From assembly GCA_964624225.1 (NCBI GenBank), contig CAZUZJ010000001.1, positions 1-52,080 of the forward strand: DNA of 52,080 nucleotides, read 5' to 3'. Both the position numbers and the translations under genes were made by a program. Under the pieces are notes generated by a model, which saw only the letters and a program-made list of their open reading frames with translations, searched no databases and was not told the DNA's origin. The stretch's first letter is position 1. The number at the start of each line of letters is the position of its first letter. This DNA is from an uncultured Desulfobulbia bacterium (GTDB lineage: Bacteria; Desulfobacterota; Desulfobulbia; Desulfobulbales; SURF-16). Shown piece after piece: positions 42,388 to 51,656 of this stretch.

Positions 42388-43212
42388 ATGTCTGTCGTCT
42401 ATTTAGTGCGCCATGTTGAAACTCCAGCCAATGTAGGCGAGCCCGTGGTGCGCGGCAATATGGACGTTCCGCCAGACCCAAGGGGCATACAGCAGATTCA
42501 AGCGTTGTCAAAAAAGTTCGCCGGAAAGCCGGTCAACCTTATCCTCAGTTCCCCACTCGCCAGAGCCATGGCGCTGGCAAAAGGCATTCAGGCGGCCACG
42601 GGAGCGAGACTGGAACCCGTCAATGCTCTCAAATCGTGGGACAGGGGCATACTCACCGGCAAGCCGGAGTCGCAGGCGAAGCCCTATGTTGAGTGGTACT
42701 TCGAGCATCCGACGGTGCCAATCCCGGCTGGCGAATCCTATGAGTCGTTCTACACGCGGTGGCAACAAGCGCTTACGAGGATATTAGACCTTGCGAGGAA
42801 GACGGGAATTAATATTGTGGTCGTCACCCACGCCCATAATCTGAACACCGCGCCCTCGATTTTGACGGGCGGCAAGGAACCGATTGCCGTAGATTCCGCC
42901 CCGGCTCCGGGCTCCGTCCTGACGCTTTCCTCCTCGGGCTCTGGATGGAAGCTCGGGGCCGGACTGGGCGGGGCTCGAACCAGAGGCGTATCAGCGCCAA
43001 GCCGTAGGAGCCGGGTGCTGAATGTCGCCCGAAACAAAAAGCCCATGCCGAAGCAGCGCAGGGCGGCAAACCCGCTCAAGCCACGTTCACTGGACGGCGG
43101 CGACAAGGTTGGATTCGCCTATCCCATTGGATCGACCGAGCCGGGCGGCGCAACTCGTGGAACGATTCCGCAGGGCCTTGGCGGGAACACCCAAATGCCG
43201 GAGAACTACTGA
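42388..43212 (+). CDS. Histidine-phosphatase (phosphoglycerate-mutase-like) superfamily protein with a basic disordered C-tail
   Basis: VYLVRHVETPAN is an RHGxT-type motif with Val replacing Gly. SSPLARA and VVVTHAHN are also present. The C-terminal ~90 aa are Gly/Arg/Pro-rich. Confidence 0.7.
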   Translation: MSVVYLVRHVETPANVGEPVVRGNMDVPPDPRGIQQIQALSKKFAGKPVNLILSSPLARAMALAKGIQAATGARLEPVNALKSWDRGILTGKPESQAKPYVEWYFEHPTVPIPAGESYESFYTRWQQALTRILDLARKTGINIVVVTHAHNLNTAPSILTGGKEPIAVDSAPAPGSVLTLSSSGSGWKLGAGLGGARTRGVSAPSRRSRVLNVARNKKPMPKQRRAANPLKPRSLDGGDKVGFAYPIGSTEPGGATRGTIPQGLGGNTQMPENY

Positions 43213-43418
43213 TGCTGGTTGCCTGGGAAATCGAGAAAAACGGCAGTCGCCTGAGTATCGTGGCTGAGCCGGAAAACCTCTCGGAATGGGCCTTTCTGCT
43301 ACGCGCTGGCAAGAAAGATGGGATCAGGAAGCTCAGCCTAACGATGTTTGACGGTTCGTTCATCGAGACGGCTGGAGACGAATTGAGGGACATCGGCGAA
43401 GGGAGTCTCCCGAACTGA
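43212..43418 (+). CDS. Hypothetical protein (68 aa)
   Basis: TGATG-coupled ORF. Confidence 0.55.
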   Translation: MLVAWEIEKNGSRLSIVAEPENLSEWAFLLRAGKKDGIRKLSLTMFDGSFIETAGDELRDIGEGSLPN

Positions 43419-43678
43419 TGCGTAAAATTCCAGAGCCTGACAATCTGACCCCCTCCGGCACCAGGGCAACGCACTATGCGCCTGCCAGGATGGGGCCGTT
43501 CCGGTGCGACCACTGCCGGTTTTTCGAGAGGCCGGAAAGCGTGTGCCGTGAGCGGCACGTTATGGCCGACCCTGACATGCCACGCGACAATCTGGGGAGA
43601 CCCATCGTTGAGCCCGGAGGCTGCTGCGAGTACCAAGAGCGCAGCCATTCCGGGAGAAGATTGAAGGTGGTCGGATAA
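43418..43678 (+). CDS. Hypothetical Cys-rich protein (86 aa)
   Basis: Contains CDHCRFF...GGCCEY. Confidence 0.55.
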   Translation: MRKIPEPDNLTPSGTRATHYAPARMGPFRCDHCRFFERPESVCRERHVMADPDMPRDNLGRPIVEPGGCCEYQERSHSGRRLKVVG

Positions 43679-43679
43679 G

Positions 43680-44516
43680 ATGCCAGCGTCGCTGTTTCTT
43701 CCCGAAGCCGAACCGCTCGCGCAAGCAGACCCGCTGCTTTACGAGGTGATTCAGAAGCTCGCCCAAGCGCAGGCTACCACGGCCTCCGCCATCATCCGGG
43801 GTGATAAGCCGCCGGAAGGATCAATCGCCGCCCCGCCCGGAACGCTCTTTATTGAGACCAATTCCGCAGGCGCGGCGGTGTGGATCAAGAATGGCAACGC
43901 GCCCGGAAAATCCGGCTGGACGAAGGTAATCCATGCGCCCGCCGCAACCAGCCTTTCGAAGACCCCGGCTAGCCTTGGTCCGACGATGACGCAGCTTGCT
44001 CCCAGCGGCAAGCCAAGCCCGATGTACCTTTTGGACCATCATACGCTGCAGGACGTTGCCGACGGCCCCACGTTCAAAAAAATAGTCGCCGTGAGCAACA
44101 ACCGCGTAAACACCGGGTCAATCAACTCGGGGGCTGTTTCCTCTTCGGCGCAGCAATCGGTAACAACCTACGTCAATATCACGACCTCGGGGCAAATCGC
44201 CAGCGCAACGATCACGCCGAATAACGGCTACATGCGGCTCACCTGCTGCGGAGCAATAGCCTCGACGAATGCAACGGCTACCGGCTGGGGCCTTGGATTT
44301 TACAAGAATGGGGTATTGATGTCGCCGTCCTTCCAGTATCAGGCGTTCGATTCAGCCGAGGCAGGCAATAGTAAGTACAAGTCGTTCTCGTTCACCATCT
44401 TGGATACCTCGCCGGGCACGGCTCCGGCAACCTATAGCGTAAGCGTAAATACGAATACCGGCGGCACACTGTCGCTAATTCCAGTTGTTCTGATTGCAGA
44501 GAACATCAAGGCGTAG
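43680..44516 (+). CDS. Putative tail fibre or receptor-binding-type protein
   Basis: PPGTLFIETNSAGAAVWIKNG...GWTKV is a fibre-like motif. The C-half is beta-rich. Confidence 0.5.
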   Translation: MPASLFLPEAEPLAQADPLLYEVIQKLAQAQATTASAIIRGDKPPEGSIAAPPGTLFIETNSAGAAVWIKNGNAPGKSGWTKVIHAPAATSLSKTPASLGPTMTQLAPSGKPSPMYLLDHHTLQDVADGPTFKKIVAVSNNRVNTGSINSGAVSSSAQQSVTTYVNITTSGQIASATITPNNGYMRLTCCGAIASTNATATGWGLGFYKNGVLMSPSFQYQAFDSAEAGNSKYKSFSFTILDTSPGTAPATYSVSVNTNTGGTLSLIPVVLIAENIKA

Positions 44517-44517
44517 G

Positions 44518-44718
44518 ATGACGTTCATCATCTACGATTCGAACAGCGGGCAGATCAAATCGGCCTATTCGGTCTATCTCCCAGCCGATCAGATTGCTGC
44601 TTTCTTGGCGGCCAACACCCCGTCGGGGCACGAAGCGATTGAGGTTCAGGACGACTCCCCGGCATTGTCCGACATGGGCAAGTGGCACGTCAAAAACAGA
44701 CAGTTGCAGTCCGTGTAA
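44518..44718 (+). CDS. Hypothetical protein (66 aa)
   Basis: ATG 2 nt after the upstream stop. Confidence 0.55.
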   Translation: MTFIIYDSNSGQIKSAYSVYLPADQIAAFLAANTPSGHEAIEVQDDSPALSDMGKWHVKNRQLQSV

Positions 44719-44726
44719 ATTTTACA
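44714..44726. promoter_or_regulatory. Exact TGTAAATTTTACA palindrome
   Basis: It overlaps the stop of 44518-44718 and lies 16 nt before the ATG at 44742. It is flanked by TTGCAG (17 nt upstream of TAGAAT) and by TAGAAT. Confidence 0.5.
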
Positions 44727-44741
44727 TAGAATGGGGGCATC

Positions 44742-45500
44742 ATGGGCGGATTCGTAAATTCCGGGCTGGCTCGGGGCATTTTGCGGAACGCTCTTGGCGC
44801 GGCAGGTGGCTACGCAGGGGGCGTTCAGGGCTTGGCTGGCGATCTGAGCGGTCTCGCTGGCAGCATTCCCGTCACGGGCTATACGCCACAGCAGCAATCG
44901 TCCATCCTCAACGCCGTGCTGGGGGCGATCAACAATCAATACAACACCACCCGCCAGAGGGCGCAGGACGTCGCCGGGCGCACAGGTGCCTACGCCAGCT
45001 TGCTCCCGATGCTCACCGACATCGGAAATCGGCAGGCAAGCGCTTTGTCAGGTGCTGGCGGCAAGCTGACCCAGCAATTCGCGGAGTTTCCGACTGAGCA
45101 AAAGCGGGCGGCAGCGGGCATCTATACCGACGCCTTGCGCGGTCTGTTGGGGCTTTTTTGGCCGGAGATGGGCTTTGCCGGGAGAACCGTTCAGGGGGCT
45201 ATCATGCCAAGTTTGCTCTCCCGGATACTGGCTGGCGCTGGTGGCGGAGCGCTGGGCGATATCCTTGGGCCGCTGGCGAGCGGGGCTGGAAAAGCCTTGG
45301 GCAACATTCTGTTCGGCGGGGGCGGTAGCGCAGGAGGCGCGTCGGACTATCCCTACAACCCGGTCGGGGGAATCCTCGATATTCTGTTCGGCGGGGGCGG
45401 TAGCGCAGGAGGCGCGTCGGACTATCCCTACAACCCGGTCGGGGGAATCCTCGATAGCGGCCTCGGACTGCCCCAGCCGAACTTCACGCCGACTTTTTAG
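44742..45500 (+). CDS. Gly-rich internal virion/ejection-type protein with a duplicated 25-aa unit
   Basis: 252 aa. ILFGGGGSAGGASDYPYNPVGGILD occurs twice. Confidence 0.6.
   Translation: MGGFVNSGLARGILRNALGAAGGYAGGVQGLAGDLSGLAGSIPVTGYTPQQQSSILNAVLGAINNQYNTTRQRAQDVAGRTGAYASLLPMLTDIGNRQASALSGAGGKLTQQFAEFPTEQKRAAAGIYTDALRGLLGLFWPEMGFAGRTVQGAIMPSLLSRILAGAGGGALGDILGPLASGAGKALGNILFGGGGSAGGASDYPYNPVGGILDILFGGGGSAGGASDYPYNPVGGILDSGLGLPQPNFTPTF
45306..45455. repeat. Perfect 75-bp tandem duplication
   Basis: 45306-45380 equals 45381-45455 by eye. Confidence 0.85.
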
Positions 45501-45512
45501 AGGTGGCTAATC

Positions 45513-46760
45513 TTGGGCATTCCGTTGGAAATTCTGCAAGCTGCTGAGAGAGTGAGGCGAGGGCTCTATAACCCCTCCGTAGCGCAGCCAGCCTCTGCGC
45601 CCCAGAACCAAATGCCCAGCCCTCCAGATCAGGGCGGTCCGATCGGTGGGGCCGTTCCACCCTACGTCAATCCGCATCTCTTGTCTGTCCTCGGCCTTAC
45701 GCCGCCCAGCGCCGGAGACACGCTGGCCGACCTCTACCAGAGGGCCATCATGCAATCCGCGCAGCGTCAGCAGCAGATTGAAAACGCGCCCATCCCTCAC
45801 CCGATCAAGCGCGGGCTGGAGGCTGGAATGCTGGGGGCAGGGCAGGGCGTCGCCGATGTTCTGCGGGAGTATGCCCTAGGACGGGTGGCAATTCCCCGTG
45901 GCGGGGAGACGGACATCGGCTCCGAATTCTTCTACAGGCCACGAACGCAGGCCGAGCAGGAATATCAAACGGCGCTAAGCGGCCTCGGGGCAGCCGCCAA
46001 AAGTCAGGAAGCCCAACAGTTAGGACAGGCCAGGGAATCGGCTTATTCGGCACGCGCAGCTGCGGATATCGCGCGACAGAGAGCCGAAAACGCTGCTGAG
46101 CAGCTGACCAGAGCGAAGATACCCGCGGCGGGGATCGTTGGGGTCGCGCCTGGAAGGACCATCTACGACGCGGCGACCGGGAAGCCAGCATATACCGCTC
46201 CGCCAGCCCCCAGAAAGGCCGCACAGCCTAGCCTGAACCAAGTCCTCGGAGCCTACGTCACCGAGCAGCTGGGCAAAGGGGTGCCTCTGGCGCAGATCAT
46301 GGCCCAACTGAAGCCGCCCAAATCGTCCTCGTCTCGCACGGGTAAGGCGACCCCTGTGTTTGGCGTAGCGGGCGGCAAGCCCGCGTGGGGAATCTACGAC
46401 CCGGCTAGAGGATGGCTGGATGCCCAACCCCCGCACGAGCCGCTTCCAGGTTTCCAAAAGGCACCGAGTAGCTCGGCGGCGCAGATAGCGTCAATCATCG
46501 CTGGCACGCCAGCCCATGGTGGCACTTCTTCGGTGGCGACTGCGGGTGCGGGCGAGAATTTCCTCGGAAGGCTCGTCACGAGCATCGGAAATCTGTTTTC
46601 TACTAACGCCCAGAATCTGGAGACATCAGCTCAGCCGCCCGCAGCGCCTGGGCGTCCTGCCAAGGTTCCGGCAAACTACGTGAGGGTGAAGGTAGGCAAT
46701 CGCACCGGATGGGCCGATCCGAATCGCCTGCCCGCCGGGGCGCAAATCATTGGGCAATAG
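45513..46760 (+). CDS. Hypothetical internal virion-type protein (415 aa, TTG start)
   Basis: GAGGTGG RBS. Ala/Pro/Gln-rich. Confidence 0.55.
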   Translation: MGIPLEILQAAERVRRGLYNPSVAQPASAPQNQMPSPPDQGGPIGGAVPPYVNPHLLSVLGLTPPSAGDTLADLYQRAIMQSAQRQQQIENAPIPHPIKRGLEAGMLGAGQGVADVLREYALGRVAIPRGGETDIGSEFFYRPRTQAEQEYQTALSGLGAAAKSQEAQQLGQARESAYSARAAADIARQRAENAAEQLTRAKIPAAGIVGVAPGRTIYDAATGKPAYTAPPAPRKAAQPSLNQVLGAYVTEQLGKGVPLAQIMAQLKPPKSSSSRTGKATPVFGVAGGKPAWGIYDPARGWLDAQPPHEPLPGFQKAPSSSAAQIASIIAGTPAHGGTSSVATAGAGENFLGRLVTSIGNLFSTNAQNLETSAQPPAAPGRPAKVPANYVRVKVGNRTGWADPNRLPAGAQIIGQ

Positions 46761-49700
46761 CGTTCCAGCCTTCATTCCCGATCCGCCGACCGAACGGCAA
46801 GCGCCTGCGTTCATCCCTGATGAGCCAGAGGGCAGGTCAATAACCCTCTCCAGTGGCCGCACCCTTCCGGTGAGTTCGAAGCAGCCGGTCGAAAGCTATT
46901 TTCGGGCGCTTGAGACCACCCTGGCGCATCCTATCGAGGCCACGAGGACGGCGATCCATGCCCTGACCAGCCCGACGCCTGAACAGGTCGCAGCGGTCAG
47001 AGACGAGGCTGCTAAGGCCGGAGTAGCGCCTCCGGTGCCAAAGCCGTCACGCTCAGAGTTCACCCCGGACCGTTCCGCCTATTCGCGTCCCGGCCCCTAT
47101 TTTACGCGGCTTGACCCAAAGGAAGAGGCCGCTTTTGAGGCATGGGCAAAGTCGATTGGCCAAGCTCCATCGCCTGACTATGATCTTCGCGGTTTCTGGA
47201 AGGCCATGCAGAGCGGAGACCCCCGTGCGCGCAGGGCTGTCAATCCGGTTACAAGGACAGTGCATTTTCCTGACACGTGGAAGACTCCGTACAGCAGGAG
47301 CTTTTCAAACGAGTCGATTTATGCGCTGCCTGACGCCCCCCATTGGGAGGGAGCCAAGCTGATAGACAAGAATGGAAACGTAGTTTTTGAGGACAAGCCG
47401 CCGTCCCACCGCGCCTCCGGTAACGGGTCCACGATCGAGGCCGCCCCAGAGGAAAGCAGGCTGAAAGAACTGCTCTTAGGTGGCCCGCAGGCTGGTGAGA
47501 CAGCGCTCGGGGAAGCCCTGATTGCGGCAGGACGCGAGTTCCCTACGCTTGAGCCACTCATACAGAAAATCGGGCCTTACGAGGCGCGAGAGGATCAGGG
47601 CCTGTCTGCCCCAGTGCTCGGCCTCGGCGCGCTGCGAAGGACGCCCGGCATCATCCACGGCGCTCTTACCGCGCTCGGGGGCCTCACCTCCATCCCGAAT
47701 CTTGAGATGCAGGCACTCGCCGGGCCAGCGGTGGCGGGGGCAGCAGGTCTCGTTGGCAAGACGGCCTCCTCGGTTCTGGAGAGGCTTGCGGCAGCAGGAT
47801 TCTCGGGCGAGATGCTTAAGGGCCTCTATAACGAGCTGCCTGAATTTCGGCGTCGAGTAAACTCCGGCGACACGGTTGGGGCTAGGGAAATGATAGGGCA
47901 AATGGCGGTCCAGGCTCCGCTGGCGCTTCTTAGCGGGGCCGCCGCCATCCACGGTCCCAAAGCGGAAGCCGCTATCCCAGCGGAAGCGAGCGAGGTAGTG
48001 CCAGAAGCAGAAGGCTCGACGCCAGGAGCGGCAGATACTCAGCAGACGGAGGCACCAGTGCCGAAGCCGGCTCCGAAGGTCAGCATACGCCTGACCCCGG
48101 AGGGTGAAGCCCGATTTGAGGCCCGCCCTAGCGAGGCCCCGCCAGCCTTCATTCCAGATGCCGAAGCTGAGAGGCAGGCTTCGACCGTCGCCCAGCCGCA
48201 GGCGCTTCCCGTAGGCCCCGGCCACATGACCGCTGGAAGCGGAGAAGGCCAAGGGCATCCGCTGGCGCAAACGGTTCAATCGCTTTCGGCTCAGGACAAG
48301 ATCAGCCCGCTGATCGAAGATGCTGTCGCCGAGAAGCCGAAGCCGCCTATCGCTCCGCAAGGGCACTTGGCTAAGGTCGTTCAAGACTTCAGGAACACCT
48401 TCAAGCCCGCGCCCGAATCGACCAGCGTGGAGGATGCCAGGAACCATTTCGACAAAGACAAGCAGGTGATCGACCACCATGTCCGCCGTTACCTCGAAGA
48501 AGTGCGCCGACTTGTCCCTGACGAAAAAGTTCGCTCCGCCATGTTCGTCTACGCCGAAACCCGTGGAACCCCGGAGGAGCGCATGGCACAGCTTCAGGAC
48601 TGGGCTGACCGGTCAGAGGGCGACGCGAAGACGAAGTACGTTCTGGCACAGCACTTGACTCCCCAGCAGCGTGTGCTGGCGGAGAACGAGCGCAACCTTC
48701 GAGACGCGATTTATCCGATTGCGCATAAGTGGGGGGTAATCAAGGGCCACGTCGAAGACTACATGAACCACATGCTCAAGGACCCCACCGAGGCCGGGGA
48801 GCGCAACAAAATAAAACGGTTTAGCGTCGAGTTTGCAAGATCATCGCAATTCGGGCTTCGGAGAAGGTTCCCCACGATCTTCGATATGGAGCAGGAAGGT
48901 TTTCACCCCGTAACGGACATCGCCAAGGCCACCCCAGCCTATGTTGACTCCGTGTATCGGGCGATTCGTACCCGCCGAATGGTCCACGAGCTGGCAAATT
49001 CAACCGACGCTGAGGGCAGGCCGAACGCTGTAATCGCCGGGGATGCCATCCAGATTTCAAGGCCGGGAAAGCCTGTCGCTCCAGGGAGCCAGATTGCCGA
49101 GCTTCCAGAAGAGGGGCAGATGTCACTTCCGTTCGGAACCCACGCCGCTGGAACCGAGGGAAGGCCGGAGCCTGAACTCGCCACATTGGTTCGCTCAGGG
49201 AGGTTGAGAGGCGTTGATAACCAAGCGGATTATGAGGCCATCAATCACCCTGCTTTTAGGGGATATCGGGTCGTAACCACCGACAAGAACGGAAATCCGC
49301 TGGTGCTCGAAGCGCCGATGAAGTTCAGCCCCGATGCAGCCAGGATGCTGAAAGACATGATCGAGCCGAGCGCCGTTCGCCAAACCCCGGCTGGAAGGTT
49401 GCTCCTGCGGGGCGTCACGGGAGCCAAGAAGCTGATGACCTTCGCGTCGCCATTTCACGCCGTCAACGTCTGGATGAGGGCAGCGCCGGAGGCTGGAATA
49501 AGGGCTGCATTTCGCCCGCGCGACCTCGACGCGATTATGGCTGATCCCGGAGTGCAGTCGCTCATGGACCACGGCTTGCAGCTTATAACCCCGCGCTCCG
49601 CGTCTGAGGGCTTGGTTTCTGGACCGCACAGTCTTGAGCGCTGGATGTTTGAGGACTGGATTCCCCGTGTGAAGGCCGAGTCCGCGCTCGCCGACCTGGA

Positions 49701-50925
49701 ACACTCGCTCTCCGATCCTCAGTATCGGCGCATGGGATTTACGCCCGATGAGATAGCGAAGATCGTCGCCAGGCGGAACAACGAACTCTTCACCGGGCCG
49801 CGTGCAATTAAGGGGCATCTTGGCACGAACGCAAAGACATGGGCCGACCTTGAAAGGCTTGTGTTGTTTGCACCTGGATTTGAGATCGGAAACCTGAAGT
49901 ATGCGGCGCGCGCGCTCCTTGCTGACCCTGAGGTTTATCGAAAAATACTCGAAAGCGACGACCCGGCTCTCAAGAAGCTCGTAAGGATGGCAAGGGAAAC
50001 TGTCTGGCACGCCAATGAGCCACGCATGAACTTTGCGAAGCTGGCTGCTGCCCTGTATTTCGGCACGCGGCTCATCAACGCCGCCTTGAACAACGGAGAA
50101 ACCTACCCAGGAAAACCGTTCACAATCGTGATAGGAAAGGGCGACAAGCGAGAGGAATTCACGCCCCGAAGCCAGGTGACCGACTTGGCCGAGTTTGCTC
50201 CGAGGGTTGGCCAGGGGCTCATAAGCGGGGCCAGGACATTCGCGTCCGGCAGGCTCTCGCCGCTGGCGAGGGCCGCTATCGAGGGGATCGTCGGGAGGAA
50301 CCTCTACACAGGCAAGCCGCAGTCCGGCGGTCAAACGATACTGAGTGCTGGCGAGAACGTCCTGCCATTCTTTACTCAGGCATTCCAGGGCCGGTATGCG
50401 GACGAGACGCTTGGACAGAAGGCGCTGGGAGCCGTCGGAAGATCGGTAGGCATTCATTTCCACCCCGGCTATACCAAGGCCGAGAAAATTGCTGATAGCT
50501 TTATCAAGAAGGGTTCAACCAGCGGCGACATGACACCCAAGCAGGAAGCAGCAGAACACCAGAGATGGCTCTACCAAACAGCGCTGGCCAACGGCACGCT
50601 GACCCCTCAGGATTTCATCGCCGAGACAGCGGGCAAGTTGACGCCGGCGAAGCAACTGGCAATCATCAGGATGGCGCACGAACCGAGGCTGTTTCGGATG
50701 GTTTACAGGCTTCCGCTCAAGCAGGCTCTCGATGTTTACGCCGCCGCAAAGCCGAACGAGCAGGAAGAACTGTACCAGTTGATAATGGGGAAGGCGGTGA
50801 ACAAAGTAAAAGGGGCGGCGGCAGATGAGCGTGCGGGGCTGATCCAGGAGGCCAGAAAAGGCATTCACGCGCCGCCGCGCCGGGCGCTACGGTTCAACGT
50901 GCTGGGGAGACCGTCGCCGCCCTAA
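46750..50925 (+). CDS. Very large virion protein (1391 aa); internal core/ejection or tape-measure-like
   Basis: It is the largest ORF and lies after two Gly/Ala-rich proteins, as the core genes do in T7-like gene order. The AFIPD motif occurs three times (PAFIPDPP and PAFIPDEP at the N-terminus, PAFIPDAEAERQA near nt 48140). TTG start, uncertain. Confidence 0.55.
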   Translation: MGNSVPAFIPDPPTERQAPAFIPDEPEGRSITLSSGRTLPVSSKQPVESYFRALETTLAHPIEATRTAIHALTSPTPEQVAAVRDEAAKAGVAPPVPKPSRSEFTPDRSAYSRPGPYFTRLDPKEEAAFEAWAKSIGQAPSPDYDLRGFWKAMQSGDPRARRAVNPVTRTVHFPDTWKTPYSRSFSNESIYALPDAPHWEGAKLIDKNGNVVFEDKPPSHRASGNGSTIEAAPEESRLKELLLGGPQAGETALGEALIAAGREFPTLEPLIQKIGPYEAREDQGLSAPVLGLGALRRTPGIIHGALTALGGLTSIPNLEMQALAGPAVAGAAGLVGKTASSVLERLAAAGFSGEMLKGLYNELPEFRRRVNSGDTVGAREMIGQMAVQAPLALLSGAAAIHGPKAEAAIPAEASEVVPEAEGSTPGAADTQQTEAPVPKPAPKVSIRLTPEGEARFEARPSEAPPAFIPDAEAERQASTVAQPQALPVGPGHMTAGSGEGQGHPLAQTVQSLSAQDKISPLIEDAVAEKPKPPIAPQGHLAKVVQDFRNTFKPAPESTSVEDARNHFDKDKQVIDHHVRRYLEEVRRLVPDEKVRSAMFVYAETRGTPEERMAQLQDWADRSEGDAKTKYVLAQHLTPQQRVLAENERNLRDAIYPIAHKWGVIKGHVEDYMNHMLKDPTEAGERNKIKRFSVEFARSSQFGLRRRFPTIFDMEQEGFHPVTDIAKATPAYVDSVYRAIRTRRMVHELANSTDAEGRPNAVIAGDAIQISRPGKPVAPGSQIAELPEEGQMSLPFGTHAAGTEGRPEPELATLVRSGRLRGVDNQADYEAINHPAFRGYRVVTTDKNGNPLVLEAPMKFSPDAARMLKDMIEPSAVRQTPAGRLLLRGVTGAKKLMTFASPFHAVNVWMRAAPEAGIRAAFRPRDLDAIMADPGVQSLMDHGLQLITPRSASEGLVSGPHSLERWMFEDWIPRVKAESALADLEHSLSDPQYRRMGFTPDEIAKIVARRNNELFTGPRAIKGHLGTNAKTWADLERLVLFAPGFEIGNLKYAARALLADPEVYRKILESDDPALKKLVRMARETVWHANEPRMNFAKLAAALYFGTRLINAALNNGETYPGKPFTIVIGKGDKREEFTPRSQVTDLAEFAPRVGQGLISGARTFASGRLSPLARAAIEGIVGRNLYTGKPQSGGQTILSAGENVLPFFTQAFQGRYADETLGQKALGAVGRSVGIHFHPGYTKAEKIADSFIKKGSTSGDMTPKQEAAEHQRWLYQTALANGTLTPQDFIAETAGKLTPAKQLAIIRMAHEPRLFRMVYRLPLKQALDVYAAAKPNEQEELYQLIMGKAVNKVKGAAADERAGLIQEARKGIHAPPRRALRFNVLGRPSPP

Positions 50926-51581
50926 TTTGGTCTTGGGTTCGAGGGCTGGCTGCTCGCATCCGGCGGCGTTGTGCCAAGCGACTCTGCCAGGGCACAAGAG
51001 AGGTCCAGCAGGGACCCGCGCTTAACCCCCTCGGGATCGGCTGCCCATGACTGCTCATTATACGGGGCCGCACAGAGCATCAGCCTTGCCGCTGGCACCA
51101 CCTTTCCGATAGACCGTAGCGAATGCATCCCATCGGTGATAACGGCCTCAGGCCCCAGCGCTTGGGCAAGCTGGGCGCGTTCTTCAGCGGAGCCCAGCGT
51201 AATCAGCGAGCAATTGTCTTGCCAAACCCCCATGCGGCGGAGCCAGGTCTGGGTTTGGTGATGGCAAAGCGGCCCTTGGCGCACGCTGATGTAATAGACG
51301 TTATAGACCATGCCAAGCCCAAATGTCAGGAACGAGTACCATTCGGCGACATTCTCGCGCAGGGGCGGCACCCTGAGCCACCATGACGGCATCCCGATAG
51401 CCATCCTTGCAAATTCCCGCCACTGGTCTTCCGTATACGGCGTCAGGTCGAGTTCGGCCTTTGGCCACGCACCGTCGTCGCCATCTTCGGCTTTGGGGAA
51501 CATGCGCCGCAGTAACTCTCTGGCAGCGCTGTTGAAGTCGGCCAGAACCCCATCAACCTGGACAAATAAACGCTTTTCCAT
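50922..51581 (-). CDS. NT5C-like HAD-family 5'(3')-deoxyribonucleotidase homolog lacking the nucleophile Asp
   Basis: FVQVDGVLADF aligns with the NT5C motif VDMDGVLADF, with the first Asp replaced by Gln. Opposite strand, and its stop overlaps the stop of the 1391-aa gene. Confidence 0.55.
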   Translation of the reverse strand: MEKRLFVQVDGVLADFNSAARELLRRMFPKAEDGDDGAWPKAELDLTPYTEDQWREFARMAIGMPSWWLRVPPLRENVAEWYSFLTFGLGMVYNVYYISVRQGPLCHHQTQTWLRRMGVWQDNCSLITLGSAEERAQLAQALGPEAVITDGMHSLRSIGKVVPAARLMLCAAPYNEQSWAADPEGVKRGSLLDLSCALAESLGTTPPDASSQPSNPRPN

Positions 51582-51595
51582 TCGTTACCCCATCG

Positions 51596-51608
51596 TGTAA
51601 AATTTACT
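51596..51608. promoter_or_regulatory. TGTAA-N3-TTACA-type palindrome (1 mismatch) in a divergent intergenic region
   Basis: tgtaaaatttact, 15 nt from the minus-strand ATG (51581) and 48 nt from the plus-strand ATG (51657). Confidence 0.45.
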
Positions 51609-51656
51609 CGATTCGCTTGCCTTTTGTGGTATCTTTGCGTTGGAGGTAATCCAGCT

